This document shows, piece after piece, positions 62,998 through 64,000 of a stretch of 64,000 nucleotides of DNA. How positions within the stretch are numbered: position 1 is the stretch's first letter; the number at the start of each line of letters is the position of its first letter. The notes under the pieces were generated by a model, which was not told the DNA's origin, made no database searches, and was given only the letters and a program-made list of their open reading frames with translations. A program made the translations under genes and the position numbers. Source of the DNA: a virus; the IMG/VR virus record IMGVR_UViG_3300050821_006672, positions 32,001-96,000 of that record. One strand, given 5' to 3'.

Positions 62998-63951
62998 TTG
63001 GTTCTCAACGTAGGAACCATAACTCCGACTCGTCTTCTAGGAGGACAACCGTCTTTCGTCCAACGACTACTTAGGTTCACGTTTACGCTTGCCTCACAGC
63101 AAGTATCCGGCAAGCTCAACACATTTACGAGTTCTGGTGGGGCAAATACAGCAGTCGTTTCTAACCTCAGGTCCTCTGCTAGGATCACTGGCGCAGGCAG
63201 TCCCGTTCCCGGAAGGCTCGACTTACAGATTTGGGGCATGCCCCAGAACTTGATGGATAATCTCTCGACGTTGGGAATGATTATCAATATTGGAACTCGT
63301 AACACGGTGACGATAGAGGCCGGCGACAACGTAAATGGCTTCGCTACTGTCTACATTGGCCAGATTGTGAACTGTTGGGGCGCCTACGAGAACGTCCCGG
63401 AGGTGCCTTTCCATATAGAGTCACAGACTGTCGTGGGCGACCAAGTAATCCCAGCGTCTCCCACGACCGTCCCGGGCTCGGCCGACGCGGCAACTATCTT
63501 GTCTGGGCTGGCCCAGCAGATGGCCCTGCGGTTTGAGAATAATGGCGTCAGTGTCAAGCTATCCAATGCTTATTACTACGGGTCGCCCTGGGATCAGGCG
63601 CAGCAGGTTGCTCGCGACGCAGGCATTGGTATGGTCCGAGAAAACGGTGTTTTAGCGATCTGGCCCCAGAATGGTTCACGCGGCGGCGCAATTCCCCAGG
63701 TAGACCCAAGTCACGGACTAATTGGTTATCCAACTTACGTTGCGAACGGGATAGAGATCAGGACCGTATTCAATCCTTCGATTACTCTGGGCGGGCAGAT
63801 TAGTGTGGAGAGCACGTTGAAAGAAGCGAGCAAGACATGGCGGGTATTCGCCCTTAACCACTCGTTGGACTCGCTCCTGCCTAATGGCCTGTGGGAATCA
63901 CGAATAGCCTGCTCGCCGCTTGCAACAACGCCCATCTTACCACCATTCTAA
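62998..63951 (+). CDS. baseplate hub protein
   Basis: LQIWGM, VTIEAGD, FENNGV, GLIGYPTY and HSLDSLLPNGLW. Confidence 0.82.
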   Translation: MVLNVGTITPTRLLGGQPSFVQRLLRFTFTLASQQVSGKLNTFTSSGGANTAVVSNLRSSARITGAGSPVPGRLDLQIWGMPQNLMDNLSTLGMIINIGTRNTVTIEAGDNVNGFATVYIGQIVNCWGAYENVPEVPFHIESQTVVGDQVIPASPTTVPGSADAATILSGLAQQMALRFENNGVSVKLSNAYYYGSPWDQAQQVARDAGIGMVRENGVLAIWPQNGSRGGAIPQVDPSHGLIGYPTYVANGIEIRTVFNPSITLGGQISVESTLKEASKTWRVFALNHSLDSLLPNGLWESRIACSPLATTPILPPF

Positions 63952-64000
63952 AATAGACTATGACTGGGTTCTATCTCAATGAGAGTTTGCTCCTGGGAAT

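Noticed and set aside
4897-63951. Numerous minus-strand ORFs in the track (for example 32580-33248 and 29636-30199) and plus-strand ORFs within 1-4400
   Set aside because: They are antisense shadows of well-supported genes and carry no motifs.
1-64000. Integrase, att site, transposase or reverse transcriptase (DGR/retron)
   Set aside because: No such motifs were recognised in the ORFs, so lifestyle cannot be determined from this window.

Overview
This window is a segment of a tailed dsDNA phage genome with a contractile-tail (myovirus-type) head-tail module: DUF1073-type portal, DUF2213 head protein, DUF2184-type major capsid, DUF4054 adaptor and DUF3383-type sheath. Two genes suggest an alphaproteobacterial (Rhizobiales-like) host, which is an inference. 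Positions 1-4.4 kb (minus strand) hold an SNF2 helicase, a DnaB-like helicase, thyX and a frameshifted DUF3310 gene. From 4.9 kb all genes are on the plus strand: queF/queE (7-deazaguanine DNA modification) with an amidoligase and a low-molecular-weight phosphatase, a NusG-family antiterminator, terminases, the portal, a block of fibre/decoration genes, head genes, a ~17 kb sugar-biosynthesis/glycosyltransferase island between the neck genes, then tail and baseplate genes. The standout is 34.6-35.8 kb. A solitary Cas7/RAMP-like gene (34981-35598), with no other cas genes or CRISPR array in the window, is flanked by four non-coding tracts of 5-nt period (G-N-Y plus a variable dinucleotide; 48 units counted) and preceded by a structured leader that can mask its RBS. 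This looks like an RNA-guided module of the VIPR type. Other notable signals are a synonymous-only duplication of the terL N-terminus, a shared A-x-D motif in head proteins, a ~60-aa module shared by four virion proteins, several structured intergenic RNAs and a -1 frameshift tail chaperone. All family assignments come from motif recognition by eye; no database search was run.
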